Shown piece after piece: positions 1-13,258 of a stretch of DNA of 64,000 bases (the stretch's first letter is position 1; each line of letters opens with the position of its first letter). Origin of the DNA: Eubacteriales bacterium. Lineage in GTDB: Bacteria > Bacillota > Clostridia > Oscillospirales > CAG-272. The notes beneath the pieces are model-generated. The model had not been told where the DNA came from. It saw nothing but the letters and a program-made list of their open reading frames with translations, and made no database searches. Both the position numbers and the translations under genes were made by a program. The stretch covers positions 64,067 to 128,066 of the forward strand of contig JAZPZY010000065.1 of the NCBI GenBank assembly GCA_045544955.1, in the 5' to 3' direction.

Positions 1-96
1 GCCGATCGGCACATGTTTATGCCCACTGCCGCCGGCATGGCAGGCAAGCCGTTCGCAGGCAGATCACGAAACGCTACAAAAGAAAGGATACTTCGT

Positions 97-795
97 ATGA
101 TTCAACCGAAAAAGACCTCCCGCATTCTGCTGATCCTCGCCACGGTGCTGTGCCTGGCGATAACTGCCGTGTTGGCATCCGCCCCGATGGATTCCCACGG
201 CACAAGCAATCCATCTGATCTCCCGGCATCGGATGCTCCCATTCTCCTGCCGGACACAACCGATTCGCCCCTCCCCCCCGCCTCCCCCACAGAAGAAATG
301 CCGCAAACATCCACGCAGATCTCACTGATCTTCCCCTTGCCTGCAGACAGCACGTGGGAAATCACCAGACCTTTTGGTGACGCAGTGTACACGCCGGAAA
401 GGGTGAACGAAGAGCCGCCCTTCTACTATCTGGGCCGCATTCCGGAAAGCCAGCCAACGCCGCCAGACGTTTTCCTGATCGTATCCAATCATGACGGTGT
501 AGACATTGCGGCCGCCCAGGGTACGCCGGTGCTGGCAGTGGCAGACGGAACGGTACTGGAAGCCTCTTACGATTATATGAAAGGCAACTATATCGTACTG
601 GACTTAGGCGGCGTGATTGCAGAATACTGGCATTTGGAACGGTTTTACGCCTTTGCCGGTGACACGGTAAAGCAAGGTGACCGCATCGCCGATCTTGGCT
701 ATACCGGCAACGCCACCGGTCCGCATCTGCACTTTATGCTGACCGTGAACGGTGAAGCCATCGATCCCATGCAGTACTATACGCCGGCAGCGTAA
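97..795 (+). CDS. M23/LytM-family metallopeptidase, membrane-anchored or secreted
   Basis: ORF 13..795. The most plausible start is ATG 97, with AAAGGA 8 nt upstream. It has an N-terminal hydrophobic segment ILLILATVLCLAITAVLA, a Pro/Ser/Thr-rich linker, and C-terminal M23 motifs HDGVDIAA and GYTGNATGPHLHF. Confidence 0.8.
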   Translation: MIQPKKTSRILLILATVLCLAITAVLASAPMDSHGTSNPSDLPASDAPILLPDTTDSPLPPASPTEEMPQTSTQISLIFPLPADSTWEITRPFGDAVYTPERVNEEPPFYYLGRIPESQPTPPDVFLIVSNHDGVDIAAAQGTPVLAVADGTVLEASYDYMKGNYIVLDLGGVIAEYWHLERFYAFAGDTVKQGDRIADLGYTGNATGPHLHFMLTVNGEAIDPMQYYTPAA

Positions 796-805
796 GGAAA
801 CAAAT

Positions 806-850
806 AAAAAGAGTCGGTGCGGAGATTTCCGCATCGGCTCTTATTTTTAT
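806..850. terminator. Hairpin plus T-run between convergent genes
   Basis: AAGAGTCGGTGCGGA-gatt-TCCGCATCGGCTCTT (809..842, two G.U pairs). It is flanked by an A-run and a T-run, so it can act in both directions. Confidence 0.6.
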
Positions 851-854
851 ATTC

Positions 855-1646
855 TTACGCTTCCCCGTTTACGATATCGCCCACGTCATTCAGAATATAC
901 TTGGGACGGTAGGCGAACTTATCCAGATCCGCCCGGGTAGTCACGCCGGAGAGGACCAGCACCGTATCGATATCCGTTTCGATACCGGCGATGATATCCG
1001 TATCCATTCTGTCTCCGATCAGCACCGCATCCGCCCGGTGGCAGTTCAGCACCTTGAGGGCGTGCCGCATCATCAGCGGATTGGGTTTGCCTACGTAATA
1101 GGGCTTTTTGCCCGTAGTCAGCTCGATGGGGGCGATCAGTGCCCGGCAGGCCGGGATGATGCCGTCCTCGGAGGGATCCACCAGATCGCTGTTGGTGCCG
1201 ATCAGCTTGGCACCCTTCATCACCAGACGGGAAGCCTTTTCGATCTGCTCGTAATTGATGGATTTGGAGCCGCCGAACACCACGTAATCCGGATTCACGT
1301 CGTTCATGCTGAAGCCGGCCTCGTACAAAGCGTAGGTAAGACCGGGATCACCGATCACGTACGCCGAGCCGCCGGGACACTGGCTCTGCAGAAAAGCGGC
1401 GGTTGCCTGGGCACTGGTATAAAAGTGCTCCTGCCCTACCTCAAGGCCCATTCTCTCCAGCTTCTGGGCAAGTTCTCTGGGAGAGCGTCCCGAGCCGTTG
1501 GTGAGAAACAGATAATTCTTATGATTCTCGTTCAGCCAATCGATAAACTCCTTCACGTGCGGAATGAGCAGATTGCCGTGATAGATCACACCGTCCATAT
1601 CGCATATGAAATTCTCTTTACTCCGTATTGCGCTCAAGTCCTGCAT
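855..1646 (-). CDS. HAD-IIA family hydrolase (NagD-like sugar phosphatase)
   Basis: Motifs DMDGVIYHG (HAD motif I), LFLTNGS, YYVGKPNP and LIGDRMDTDIIAG (motif IV). Confidence 0.8.
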   Translation of the reverse strand: MQDLSAIRSKENFICDMDGVIYHGNLLIPHVKEFIDWLNENHKNYLFLTNGSGRSPRELAQKLERMGLEVGQEHFYTSAQATAAFLQSQCPGGSAYVIGDPGLTYALYEAGFSMNDVNPDYVVFGGSKSINYEQIEKASRLVMKGAKLIGTNSDLVDPSEDGIIPACRALIAPIELTTGKKPYYVGKPNPLMMRHALKVLNCHRADAVLIGDRMDTDIIAGIETDIDTVLVLSGVTTRADLDKFAYRPKYILNDVGDIVNGEA

Positions 1647-1656
1647 ACCGTTCTCC

Positions 1657-2361
1657 TTATTCTCTTTCCGTTTTCAGAAATTCGCATACCGCCTGTGCCG
1701 ATTTGGCAGCGGCTATTTTCACAAAGGTGGGATAATCCATGGCGGCGTCCTCGTTTCCGCCGTCGGAAATGGCACGGATCACCGCAAAGGGAATCCCGTT
1801 TGCCGTGCAGACCTGCCCGATGGCAGCCCCTTCCATTTCGCAGGCAATGGCACCGAAGGTGTCCCGGATGTACACCTTTTTAGCGGATTCAGCAACGAAC
1901 ACGTCGCCGGATGCGATGACGCCCCGCAGGCACCGGGTGCCCCCACCGCCGATCACTTCGGCGATCCGGGCAGAAAGGGATTCGTCTGCCTTCATATACA
2001 CTACGTTGAGTCCGGAAATCAGTCCAACGGGATCTCCGATGGCGGAAGTATCCATATCGTGCTGGACCACGCTTTCCGCCACAGCAACGTCCCCGATGGA
2101 AAGTTTGTCCGTCAGCGTACCGGCCACACCCGTATTGATGATAGCACGCACGCCGTAGTGCAGGATCATGGTCTGAGCCGCCATGGCGGCAAACACCTTG
2201 CCCACGCCGCAAACGGACAGCACCACCGGCACACCGGAAAGCACGCCGGAAATGAACGTAAGTCCGCCCAGCGTTTCCGTTTTCCCGTTTTTGAGAGCGG
2301 CGGCAAGGGTGTCAATCTCCACACGCATGGCACCGATAATACCGATAGGACGATCAGTCAT
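1657..2361 (-). CDS. mtnN: 5'-methylthioadenosine/S-adenosylhomocysteine nucleosidase
   Basis: IGIIGAMRVEIDTL at the N-terminus, INTGVAG, and CEMEGAAIGQVC. Its start overlaps the luxS end by 8 nt. Confidence 0.9.
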   Translation of the reverse strand: MTDRPIGIIGAMRVEIDTLAAALKNGKTETLGGLTFISGVLSGVPVVLSVCGVGKVFAAMAAQTMILHYGVRAIINTGVAGTLTDKLSIGDVAVAESVVQHDMDTSAIGDPVGLISGLNVVYMKADESLSARIAEVIGGGGTRCLRGVIASGDVFVAESAKKVYIRDTFGAIACEMEGAAIGQVCTANGIPFAVIRAISDGGNEDAAMDYPTFVKIAAAKSAQAVCEFLKTERE

Positions 2362-2818
2362 AGCAGAAACTCCAATCTTCTTTTTCGTTCAGGACGGCGA
2401 GATAGGCGGCACACTCCCGCTTGGCGTCGGCAAGGGAAAGATCCAGATAATTGCCGCACTCCTTCCGTGCCGCGCCGAACACTTCCCCCTCGTGGGCAAT
2501 AATTTTCTGAAGCGTTTCCTTCACCAGTGCCAGCACGGCAGCAGGCTTCACATCCCGCATAAGGAGATAAAATCCGGTGCGGCATCCCATAGGACCGAAG
2601 TAGATCACCTGATCGGAAAAATCGCTGTTGCGGACATAGGTGGCAAACATATGCTCCACGGAATGGGCAGTGCGGGTATCCATGTACGCACCGCCGTTAG
2701 GGGTACGGGTTCTGAGATCGTAGGTAGTTATGTCTCCGTCCACCCGGGAAATATAGATACCCGGCGTGAGCGTATCGTGATCGATGGTAAAGCTGGTAAT
2801 GCGCTGGATTTCGTTCAT
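2354..2818 (-). CDS. luxS: S-ribosylhomocysteine lyase
   Basis: SFTIDHDTLTPGIYISR, the metal-site motif HSVEHMFATY, and FGPMGCRTGFYLL. It sits next to mtnN, the partner gene of the activated methyl cycle. Confidence 0.92.
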   Translation of the reverse strand: MNEIQRITSFTIDHDTLTPGIYISRVDGDITTYDLRTRTPNGGAYMDTRTAHSVEHMFATYVRNSDFSDQVIYFGPMGCRTGFYLLMRDVKPAAVLALVKETLQKIIAHEGEVFGAARKECGNYLDLSLADAKRECAAYLAVLNEKEDWSFCYD

Positions 2819-3010
2819 AGACAGCTCCTTTGGGAGATGGTTTTTCTTATTATATCACAGATCGGATAAAAAAGAAAGAAGTTTACAAAAATATGTTCTC
2901 CGCCCTGACATCTAAAAGCGTATTAAACGGACATTTTGCAAAAAAACGTATCCGTCCGGCGTATTGCAAGCCGCATTCACTTATGCTATACTAAGTGAAG
3001 AAAGGAGCAG

Positions 3011-3877
3011 ATGCCAATGCAGACCAAAGAACTTCTGATACGGGGAATTGAGACACAATTTGAGGATACCGCCGTTACGCTTTACAAGATCACCGCACAA
3101 GCCGATGGCGGAAAAGCTGTAATTCCGGCGGATCTGTGGCACAGCCATTTTTATTATGAATGCCATCTGCTCATCCCTGCCGGAACTCCGCCAGAAACAG
3201 GCGGAGAAGCACACCGTCCTGAAGGAAAACTGATTATCATCCCACCCCATACAGAGCACTATCCGCTGCGTTTTGAAGATGCTGACGACATTGTGCTGGG
3301 CATAACCTTACAGCAGAATGGCACAGACGGCAGATACACGGCTTATTTTCTCACAACGCTTGCAAAAATAGCCCAAAGCCCCCTGTATCTCCCGCCTGTC
3401 CTGACAGAAACGCTCATTCTGTTTTACCGGCGGTTTGACAGCAACCGCTTCCGTGACCGCTGTTACTGTCGGGCGGCGGCACACGAAATCGTGTTTAGGC
3501 TGTTCGACTGTGCAAACGGCTTTTCCCTTCCCGAAGTGCGGAAAGAACAGAACCCTGCGCTTCTTCCCGTGGCGTTCAATTTGGAGCACCTCATCAACGA
3601 TACTTCCCGTTCCCTCTCCGAAATAGCCTCTATTCTCGGCTACTCACCGCGGCACACCGCCCGGCTGATCCGGGAGAAATACGGAAAGAATCTTGGCGAA
3701 ATCCGCAAAACGAGCCGCATAGCCACTGCAAAAAAACTGCTGGCAGGCAGCGAAAACATCTCTTTGGAAACAGCGGCGATCCGTGCCGGATTTCCCTCTG
3801 CAGATGCAATGGCGAGAGCCTTCCGCAAAGCCGGTGAAGCACCGCCGTCTCAATACAGAAAGAAGGAAAAAACGTGA
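3011..3877 (+). CDS. AraC-family transcriptional regulator
   Basis: C-terminal double HTH: SLSEIASILGYSPRHTARLIREKYGKNLGEIRKTSRIATAKKLL ... AAIRAGFPSADAMARAFRK. The start could instead be ATG 3017. Confidence 0.85.
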   Translation: MPMQTKELLIRGIETQFEDTAVTLYKITAQADGGKAVIPADLWHSHFYYECHLLIPAGTPPETGGEAHRPEGKLIIIPPHTEHYPLRFEDADDIVLGITLQQNGTDGRYTAYFLTTLAKIAQSPLYLPPVLTETLILFYRRFDSNRFRDRCYCRAAAHEIVFRLFDCANGFSLPEVRKEQNPALLPVAFNLEHLINDTSRSLSEIASILGYSPRHTARLIREKYGKNLGEIRKTSRIATAKKLLAGSENISLETAAIRAGFPSADAMARAFRKAGEAPPSQYRKKEKT

Positions 3878-4578
3878 AAGCACCCGCTTTTTTTCGAAAA
3901 AACACCGCACAACTGTGGCTAATATTCGTTTTTGCCATCCTGATTACCGTTTTCGGAATCTGTTATCGGCAAAGCTTTCTCCGGATTCTGCCCCTGTATA
4001 TATCGCTTATCATAGGAGCACTGCAGGCACACGTCAATCGATTTGCCAGTCTGCTCGGCGGATGCAACTCCGTTTTATATACCGCAGTGTATTTTTATCT
4101 GGGGCTGTACGCATCCGCAGCTTCTGCCTTTCTTTTTTTCGTTCCGCTGCAGTTTGCTGCCTTCTTCCAATGGAGCAAACACAAATACAAGCAAGCGACT
4201 GTTTTCCGCACTATGTCCCGGCGAATGCGTGCAGCCGTTCTCGTGGTCATGGCGGCAGCTTTCGGCATCGTTCTGTATCTGTTAAAACGGACCGGATCCG
4301 CCTTTCCGGCTCTCGACGCCCTTGCCTCACTGGTAGGAAGCACCGTACCCATACTGACCATGTTCGCCTATATCGAATACACATGGCTCATGCTGCCCAG
4401 CGGTATTCTGAATATCTGCCTGAACGCGGCCACTATGGCCGAGCATCCTGCACAGATCACGTATCTGATCTATTCTGTCTATTCGCTGATCTGCGTAACT
4501 ATGCAGTTCTTCCGTGCACAGAAGCTGTACGCCGAGCAAAAAGCGGAACAAATCCACAAAGAGGAGACAAAACCATGA
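3874..4578 (+). CDS. PnuC-like (nicotinamide-riboside-type) transporter
   Basis: About 234 aa and polytopic. GLYASAASAFLFFVPLQFAAFFQWSKH and the C-terminal WLMLPSGILNICLN resemble PnuC family blocks. The GTG start overlaps the AraC stop. Confidence 0.55.
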   Translation: MKAPAFFRKNTAQLWLIFVFAILITVFGICYRQSFLRILPLYISLIIGALQAHVNRFASLLGGCNSVLYTAVYFYLGLYASAASAFLFFVPLQFAAFFQWSKHKYKQATVFRTMSRRMRAAVLVVMAAAFGIVLYLLKRTGSAFPALDALASLVGSTVPILTMFAYIEYTWLMLPSGILNICLNAATMAEHPAQITYLIYSVYSLICVTMQFFRAQKLYAEQKAEQIHKEETKP

Positions 4579-5903
4579 TTACTTTCGGAAACAGAATAGA
4601 ACCCATAACGGACATGTACCTGATTGATGAAATGAAAAATCTCACTTTTAGGAAAGAACAGGCGACGTGCCACGGCAAAGTTATCGAATTCAATGCCCCC
4701 TGGGAAGGTCTGGGTTCCACCGGAACCAGCGTAGTACAAAACGGCAAAGAGATAAAGTGCTATTATCGCGGCTATCCCACGAAAGGCGGCGATCAGAACA
4801 CCAATCAGACCGCCTGTCTTGCGATCAGTGAAGACGGCATTCATTTTTCCCGCGTTCCCGTAAACCGCATCGATTACAACGGTATTGCGGAAAACAATAT
4901 CGTATATAAAGGAACGGAATGTCACAATTTCTGTCCCTTCTACGACACAAATCCCGACTGCCCCGAAGATCAGCGTTACAAAGCGGTAGGCGGCACCAAT
5001 CAGATCGGCGGTCTTTTTGGCTTCATCAGTGCAGACGGCATCCACTGGAAAAAGGTTTCTGACAAGCCTATCATTACCGCCGGCGATTTTGACACCATGA
5101 ACATGGCGTTCTGGAATCCGCACACCGGGCGCTACCACGCCTACTGCCGTTATCTGGATCATCGTCTGGGAGATCCCAGGATGCCCCACGGCTGCCGTGC
5201 CATCCACTCCTGTACCTCTCTCGATTTTCTAAACTGGACAGAGTTTACCGACAACGAATATGCAGAGGGCATGCCCACCGAACAGTTTTATACCAACGCC
5301 GCAAGACCGATCCCCGGGGCAGAGCATGTGCTTCTGTCCATGCCCATGCGATTTCAGGAAACACGAACAAAGCTGGACGATCACTCCCATCCGGGCTTAT
5401 CCGATGCGGTGCTTCTCACATCCCGGGACGGCGTATATTGGGATCGGATGCTGAAAGATGCATTTCTTGCCGGTGATCTGGAACCGCACGAATGGACACA
5501 GCGGAACTTCATCGTTTGCGGCGGACTTGCCGCCGTAGACGACCGCTTCTTCTTTTACGTACAAAAAAACTACATGTGGGAGGATTGCGGCATTTTCGCC
5601 TATTCCGTACCAAAGTACCGTTTTCTTTCTCTGTACGCCGATGCTTCCGGCGGTCAGTTCACCACGAAACCGCTGCAGTTTGTATCCGACGACGTATATC
5701 TGAATTACGCCACCTCCGCCTATGGAAATATAGAGATCACCGTCGCAGACGAAAAGGGGCAAACCGTTTTCTCCTCTGGGGAAATCTTCGGAAATGAACT
5801 CTCCCATCGGGTGCACATAGACGGACTTGCCGGGAAAAGCGGCACTATGACCGTCTCACTGAAGGAGGCACACCTGTACGCGCTCGGCAGTGCCATGATG
5901 TAA
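4575..5903 (+). CDS. Beta-propeller, glycoside-hydrolase-like protein of unknown specificity
   Basis: The real start is ATG 4575 (GAGGAGACAAAACC upstream) inside the 706-aa ORF. It overlaps the PnuC-like stop by 4 nt. Repeated blade-like motifs (ISEDGIHFSRV, ISADGIHWKKV, TSRDGVYWDRM) are followed by a beta-sandwich-like tail. Confidence 0.45.
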   Translation: MITFGNRIEPITDMYLIDEMKNLTFRKEQATCHGKVIEFNAPWEGLGSTGTSVVQNGKEIKCYYRGYPTKGGDQNTNQTACLAISEDGIHFSRVPVNRIDYNGIAENNIVYKGTECHNFCPFYDTNPDCPEDQRYKAVGGTNQIGGLFGFISADGIHWKKVSDKPIITAGDFDTMNMAFWNPHTGRYHAYCRYLDHRLGDPRMPHGCRAIHSCTSLDFLNWTEFTDNEYAEGMPTEQFYTNAARPIPGAEHVLLSMPMRFQETRTKLDDHSHPGLSDAVLLTSRDGVYWDRMLKDAFLAGDLEPHEWTQRNFIVCGGLAAVDDRFFFYVQKNYMWEDCGIFAYSVPKYRFLSLYADASGGQFTTKPLQFVSDDVYLNYATSAYGNIEITVADEKGQTVFSSGEIFGNELSHRVHIDGLAGKSGTMTVSLKEAHLYALGSAMM

Positions 5904-5937
5904 AAAAAAGAGATGCCGCACGGCATCTCTTTTTTTC
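5901..5937. terminator. Bidirectional intrinsic terminator
   Basis: A8-GAGATGCC-gcac-GGCATCTC-T7 between convergent genes. Confidence 0.8.
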
Positions 5938-5949
5938 TTTATCAGTGGC

Positions 5950-6210
5950 TCACTCCGCCCAGTCGAATTCGGCTGCCAGCATACGCACGGTGTCTTTTGT
6001 CACCGTGAGCATACCGCCGGAATAGTTGGCACGGCGGATCTGCTCTCCCACGTACACCCGGCATTCTCCCGCCTTCAGCGCGGTGACGAAGGGAATATGC
6101 CCGGCAAGGATCGCCAGATCCCCCTCCGTTCCCCGAACGGACAGCTGTATGGCTTCGCCGTCGTAGCGAAGTCCGTCCGGTGCGGCGATTTGCAGTTGAA
6201 ACGTTTTCAT
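5950..6210 (-). CDS. atpC: F1 ATP synthase epsilon subunit, short form (beta-sandwich only)
   Basis: It is the last gene of the atp operon. FQLQIAAPDG ... GDLAILAGHIPFVTALKAGECRV matches the epsilon N-terminal domain. It is only 86 aa. Confidence 0.8.
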   Translation of the reverse strand: MKTFQLQIAAPDGLRYDGEAIQLSVRGTEGDLAILAGHIPFVTALKAGECRVYVGEQIRRANYSGGMLTVTKDTVRMLAAEFDWAE

Positions 6211-6226
6211 ATCCGGTGTCTCCCCG

Positions 6227-7633
<1,407 letters not shown>

Positions 7634-7686
7634 TCAAATACTCCTTGCTTTGTGTGTTTTTCGCAAAGGATTTTTCCGCCGCCCGG

Positions 7687-10067
<2,381 letters not shown>

Positions 10068-10089
10068 TTATTTGAATTTGTGTAGTAAC

Positions 10090-10629
10090 TTAGATAGTAA
10101 GACTCTTGAGCGTGCACCGCAGCTCGTCCAGCTTGGCACGGACAGAGCCCTCAAACAGGGTATTCTGCACGCTGAGCCGCACACCGCCCATGAGGGCAGG
10201 ATCGATCTCACAGCGAAGAGAGACCATCCTTCCGGTGATACCGGAAACCTTATCCGCAAGACGGCGTTTCTGCTCCTCGGTCAGCGGCACGGCGGAAGTA
10301 ACCACCGCCGTTACGATGCCGTACTCTTCGCAGTACAGACGCTCGTACTCACGCATCAGTGCCGGGATGTGCCGGGCGTATCCCCGCTCGGTGATCATTT
10401 TCAGAAAATGCACCAGATACGGATGACACGAAGGGGAAAACGCTTTGCCAACCAGGTCAATCCGTTCCTCCTTCGGAATCTGCGGATCGGAGAGAAGCCG
10501 CCCGTATCCTGCGTTTTCCGCAAACGCACGTCCGACCATGCGCGTCTCGTAGAGCATGGCATCCGCCATGCCCTCTTCCACGGCCAGCTCCACAAGGGCA
10601 CGTCCGTATTCCTTGATAACGTCGCTCAT
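10090..10629 (-). CDS. atpH: F1 ATP synthase delta (OSCP) subunit
   Basis: Operon position between b and alpha, 179 aa, and a C-terminal block typical of OSCP (IDPALMGGVRLSV). Confidence 0.85.
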   Translation of the reverse strand: MSDVIKEYGRALVELAVEEGMADAMLYETRMVGRAFAENAGYGRLLSDPQIPKEERIDLVGKAFSPSCHPYLVHFLKMITERGYARHIPALMREYERLYCEEYGIVTAVVTSAVPLTEEQKRRLADKVSGITGRMVSLRCEIDPALMGGVRLSVQNTLFEGSVRAKLDELRCTLKSLTI

Positions 10630-10636
10630 GGCAGCC

Positions 10637-11134
10637 TCACAGACTGTCGATAAAGGTGTCGATCAGTTTTTTGTGATCGGACTCCTTGATCTCACGGCCG
10701 ACAACCGCCTCCGCAATATCCATGGACATGCCGGAGATTTCGTCTTTGATCTCGTTTATGGCTTTCTTCTTTTCCTGGGCGATATCGGCATCCGCCTTTT
10801 TCAGCTTTTCCGCCGCCTTTCTGTTGGCGTCTGCCAGGATCTCATCGCTGATCTGATCGGCACGCACGGCGGCACGGCGAAGCACCTCTTCGGCCTCCCG
10901 GTCGGCGTTTGCCATTTTCTCCTCGTAGACAGTCCGGTCCGCCTCTGCCTCGTCCTTTGCCTTTTCGGCGTCGGAATACAGCAGGTCCACCTGACTCTGC
11001 CTCTCGGCCAAAATCTTCTGCACCGGTGCAAAGAGGAATTTTTTCATAACCCACACCAGGATCAGAAGATTGAGAATGGCGGCGGCAACGTGCCAGATAT
11101 TCAGCGATATCAGTTCAAGATATTCTGTATTCAT
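10637..11134 (-). CDS. atpF: Fo ATP synthase b subunit
   Basis: A single N-terminal TM segment (IWHVAAAILNLLILVWVM) followed by a long charged helix, in the expected operon position. Confidence 0.85.
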   Translation of the reverse strand: MNTEYLELISLNIWHVAAAILNLLILVWVMKKFLFAPVQKILAERQSQVDLLYSDAEKAKDEAEADRTVYEEKMANADREAEEVLRRAAVRADQISDEILADANRKAAEKLKKADADIAQEKKKAINEIKDEISGMSMDIAEAVVGREIKESDHKKLIDTFIDSL

Positions 11135-11188
11135 TCCTATTCTCCTAATGCTCTTCCCTACCGGTTTTCCGGTGATTTCCGCAAAGAA

Positions 11189-11479
<291 letters not shown>

Positions 11480-11642
11480 TTACTCCTTTGTATGTTTGTT
11501 TTTTGTTTTTTGATTTATCGAAAATCCGTTTCACGGGATTATTCTTCGGTTGATTCAAGCTGAAATTCGGAAAAAGTTGGTCGGGAGTTCGCCCATGGCG
11601 AACTCGACGAGGAGGACAACTTCCCTACGACTTAATAAAGTA

Positions 11643-12386
11643 TTATTCCTCCTCGGGGGTGGCTGCCGATGCGATATACAGCATGGTCAGCATGGCGAAA
11701 ATGAACGCCTGGATGCAGGAGGAGAACACGTCAAAATAGACGGACAGCAAGGCAGGGATACCCACCTGCAAAAAGGGGATCTTGCCAAGAAGTCCCGGCA
11801 GCCAGCCGAACACCAGATTGGACAGAGCTGCCAGTGCAGCGTACACCAGAGCGGAGATGACCGATCCGGACACCACGTTTCCGAAATGACGGAACGCCAT
11901 GGATACGGGTGTGGCGATCTCCCCGAGAATATTGAACGGTGTAAACACAACCACCGGCGTGGTGAAACTTTTCAGATAGCCGCCAAATCCGTTGGTCTTG
12001 ATCTTATAATAGGTAATGAGGGCAAAAACGAGCAGTGCCCAACCGAGGACCGTATTCAGATCGGCCGTGGGTGCGTACATGCCCAGAAGTGCCAGAAGCG
12101 ACGAGCAGGCTGAAAGGGCAAGGATCGCCGCGATCATCGGCACGAACGCACGGAACTGCACGCCCATGTTGGCATCCACCAGCCCCGTGACCTTTTCCAC
12201 GATCCATTCCGCCACGACCTGCCGCCTCGACACGGCACGGACCTTCAAATCGTGGGTGAGCCACATGCAGAGTGCCGTAATGGCAAGAATAACCAGGATA
12301 GAATTGACCTGCGTGGCCGTAACGGGGATGCCGCCGAACAGCGGAATCTCAAAATACACCCGTGCACCGTTTATGCTGATATCCAC
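11643..12386 (-). CDS. atpB: Fo ATP synthase a subunit
   Basis: Polytopic, with a conserved Arg block SMAFRHFGNVVSG, in the expected operon position. Confidence 0.9.
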   Translation of the reverse strand: MDISINGARVYFEIPLFGGIPVTATQVNSILVILAITALCMWLTHDLKVRAVSRRQVVAEWIVEKVTGLVDANMGVQFRAFVPMIAAILALSACSSLLALLGMYAPTADLNTVLGWALLVFALITYYKIKTNGFGGYLKSFTTPVVVFTPFNILGEIATPVSMAFRHFGNVVSGSVISALVYAALAALSNLVFGWLPGLLGKIPFLQVGIPALLSVYFDVFSSCIQAFIFAMLTMLYIASAATPEEE

Positions 12387-12392
12387 GAACCG

Positions 12393-12959
12393 TCACTCCT
12401 TTTCTTCCGTTTTCGCCGGCGTCTGTTCTTTTTCCGCCGGTGCGTTTTTCTGATAGTCGGTGTCGATCCTGCCGGCAAACCGGCCGATCACCTTTTCAAA
12501 TTCGTCCTCTTCTTCCTCGCCGTCCTCATCCGGAACCGGTTCCGTGGAGACAGGTACGGGCTCGTCCTGTTTTTTGAGAACGTATTTCACAAAAAACTGG
12601 CGGGCAAATATCACGATGGGCGGATAAAAGGCAGCCGCCACCACCGGCACCCAGTGGATCCCGTCCACGATAAAGGAGATCACCATGACGGCAAGAAGCA
12701 AAAGGGAGCGGCGGGTATAGGAAGCCTTCATCACCAGCTGTGCGTGCTGGGAATCGGGATCCGCCACCGCACGCTGTACGCCCAGGCTCATGAGAAAGAA
12801 ATTCAGAACGGTCATGGCCCAGCCGATCACACCGCCCAGTGCCACCGACAAGTCCCAGCGGCGAAACAGGAGAAACCCGATCTGCACGAGGGCGGCACAT
12901 ACGAACGCCCCCACCGCCATAAAGCGGACTTCTTTTTTCACAACGGGATCCAGTTTCAT
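12393..12959 (-). CDS. atpI: AtpI-like ATP synthase protein I with an acidic C-terminal tail
   Basis: The start is taken at ATG 12959 (MKLDPVVKK), which forms an ATGA overlap with the upstream gene's stop. It has four hydrophobic segments, then a tail of about 55 aa rich in D/E/P (PDEDGEEEEDEFEK). Confidence 0.6.
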   Translation of the reverse strand: MKLDPVVKKEVRFMAVGAFVCAALVQIGFLLFRRWDLSVALGGVIGWAMTVLNFFLMSLGVQRAVADPDSQHAQLVMKASYTRRSLLLLAVMVISFIVDGIHWVPVVAAAFYPPIVIFARQFFVKYVLKKQDEPVPVSTEPVPDEDGEEEEDEFEKVIGRFAGRIDTDYQKNAPAEKEQTPAKTEEKE

Positions 12960-13258
12960 GGCTGATCCGTCTCCTTTCCGATCTCCGACGTATCGGAGGA
13001 TTTTTCCCGGGCAGATTGCCGCAGTTCGCGGGCATTTTCCCGGCGTACAAACGAAAACACGCTGACTGCCCCGGAAAACACACCCAAAAGTATCGCACAC
13101 AGAATGGCCCAGTCGCCCACGTCAAAACGCCGCTGCAGCCACAGGGCAAAAAGAAGCAAAAGAAGCGGCGGCGTTACCACGGACAGTCCCAGCTGCGTAA
13201 GGAGGGAAATACGTGTCCAGATGCGGAGCATCTGTGCCGTATCCGCCGTTTTTTTCAT
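12956..13258 (-). CDS. AtpZ/AtpR-like small membrane protein (ATPase_gene1 family)
   Basis: It is the first gene of the atp operon. It has two TM segments, LTQLGLSVVTPPLLLLLFALWLQRRFDVG and WAILCAILLGVFSGAVSVF. The start is ATG 13258 or 13273. Confidence 0.55.
   Translation of the reverse strand: MKKTADTAQMLRIWTRISLLTQLGLSVVTPPLLLLLFALWLQRRFDVGDWAILCAILLGVFSGAVSVFSFVRRENARELRQSAREKSSDTSEIGKETDQP

Noticed and set aside
3783-4574. The N-terminal 264 codons of the 706-aa ORF 3783..5903.
   Set aside because: This part overlaps the AraC 3' end and the entire PnuC-like gene in another frame, and it is Arg/Ser/Cys-rich. A good RBS and ATG at 4575 begins the recognisable beta-propeller protein.
5909-5928. 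The shared stem sequence GAGATGCC / GGCATCTC in the hairpins at 5909-5928 and 37591-37616, as a possible dispersed repeat family.
   Set aside because: Only 8-10 nt are shared, and the loops and flanks differ. Two occurrences in 64 kb are compatible with chance among GC-rich terminator stems. A genome-wide count would be needed.
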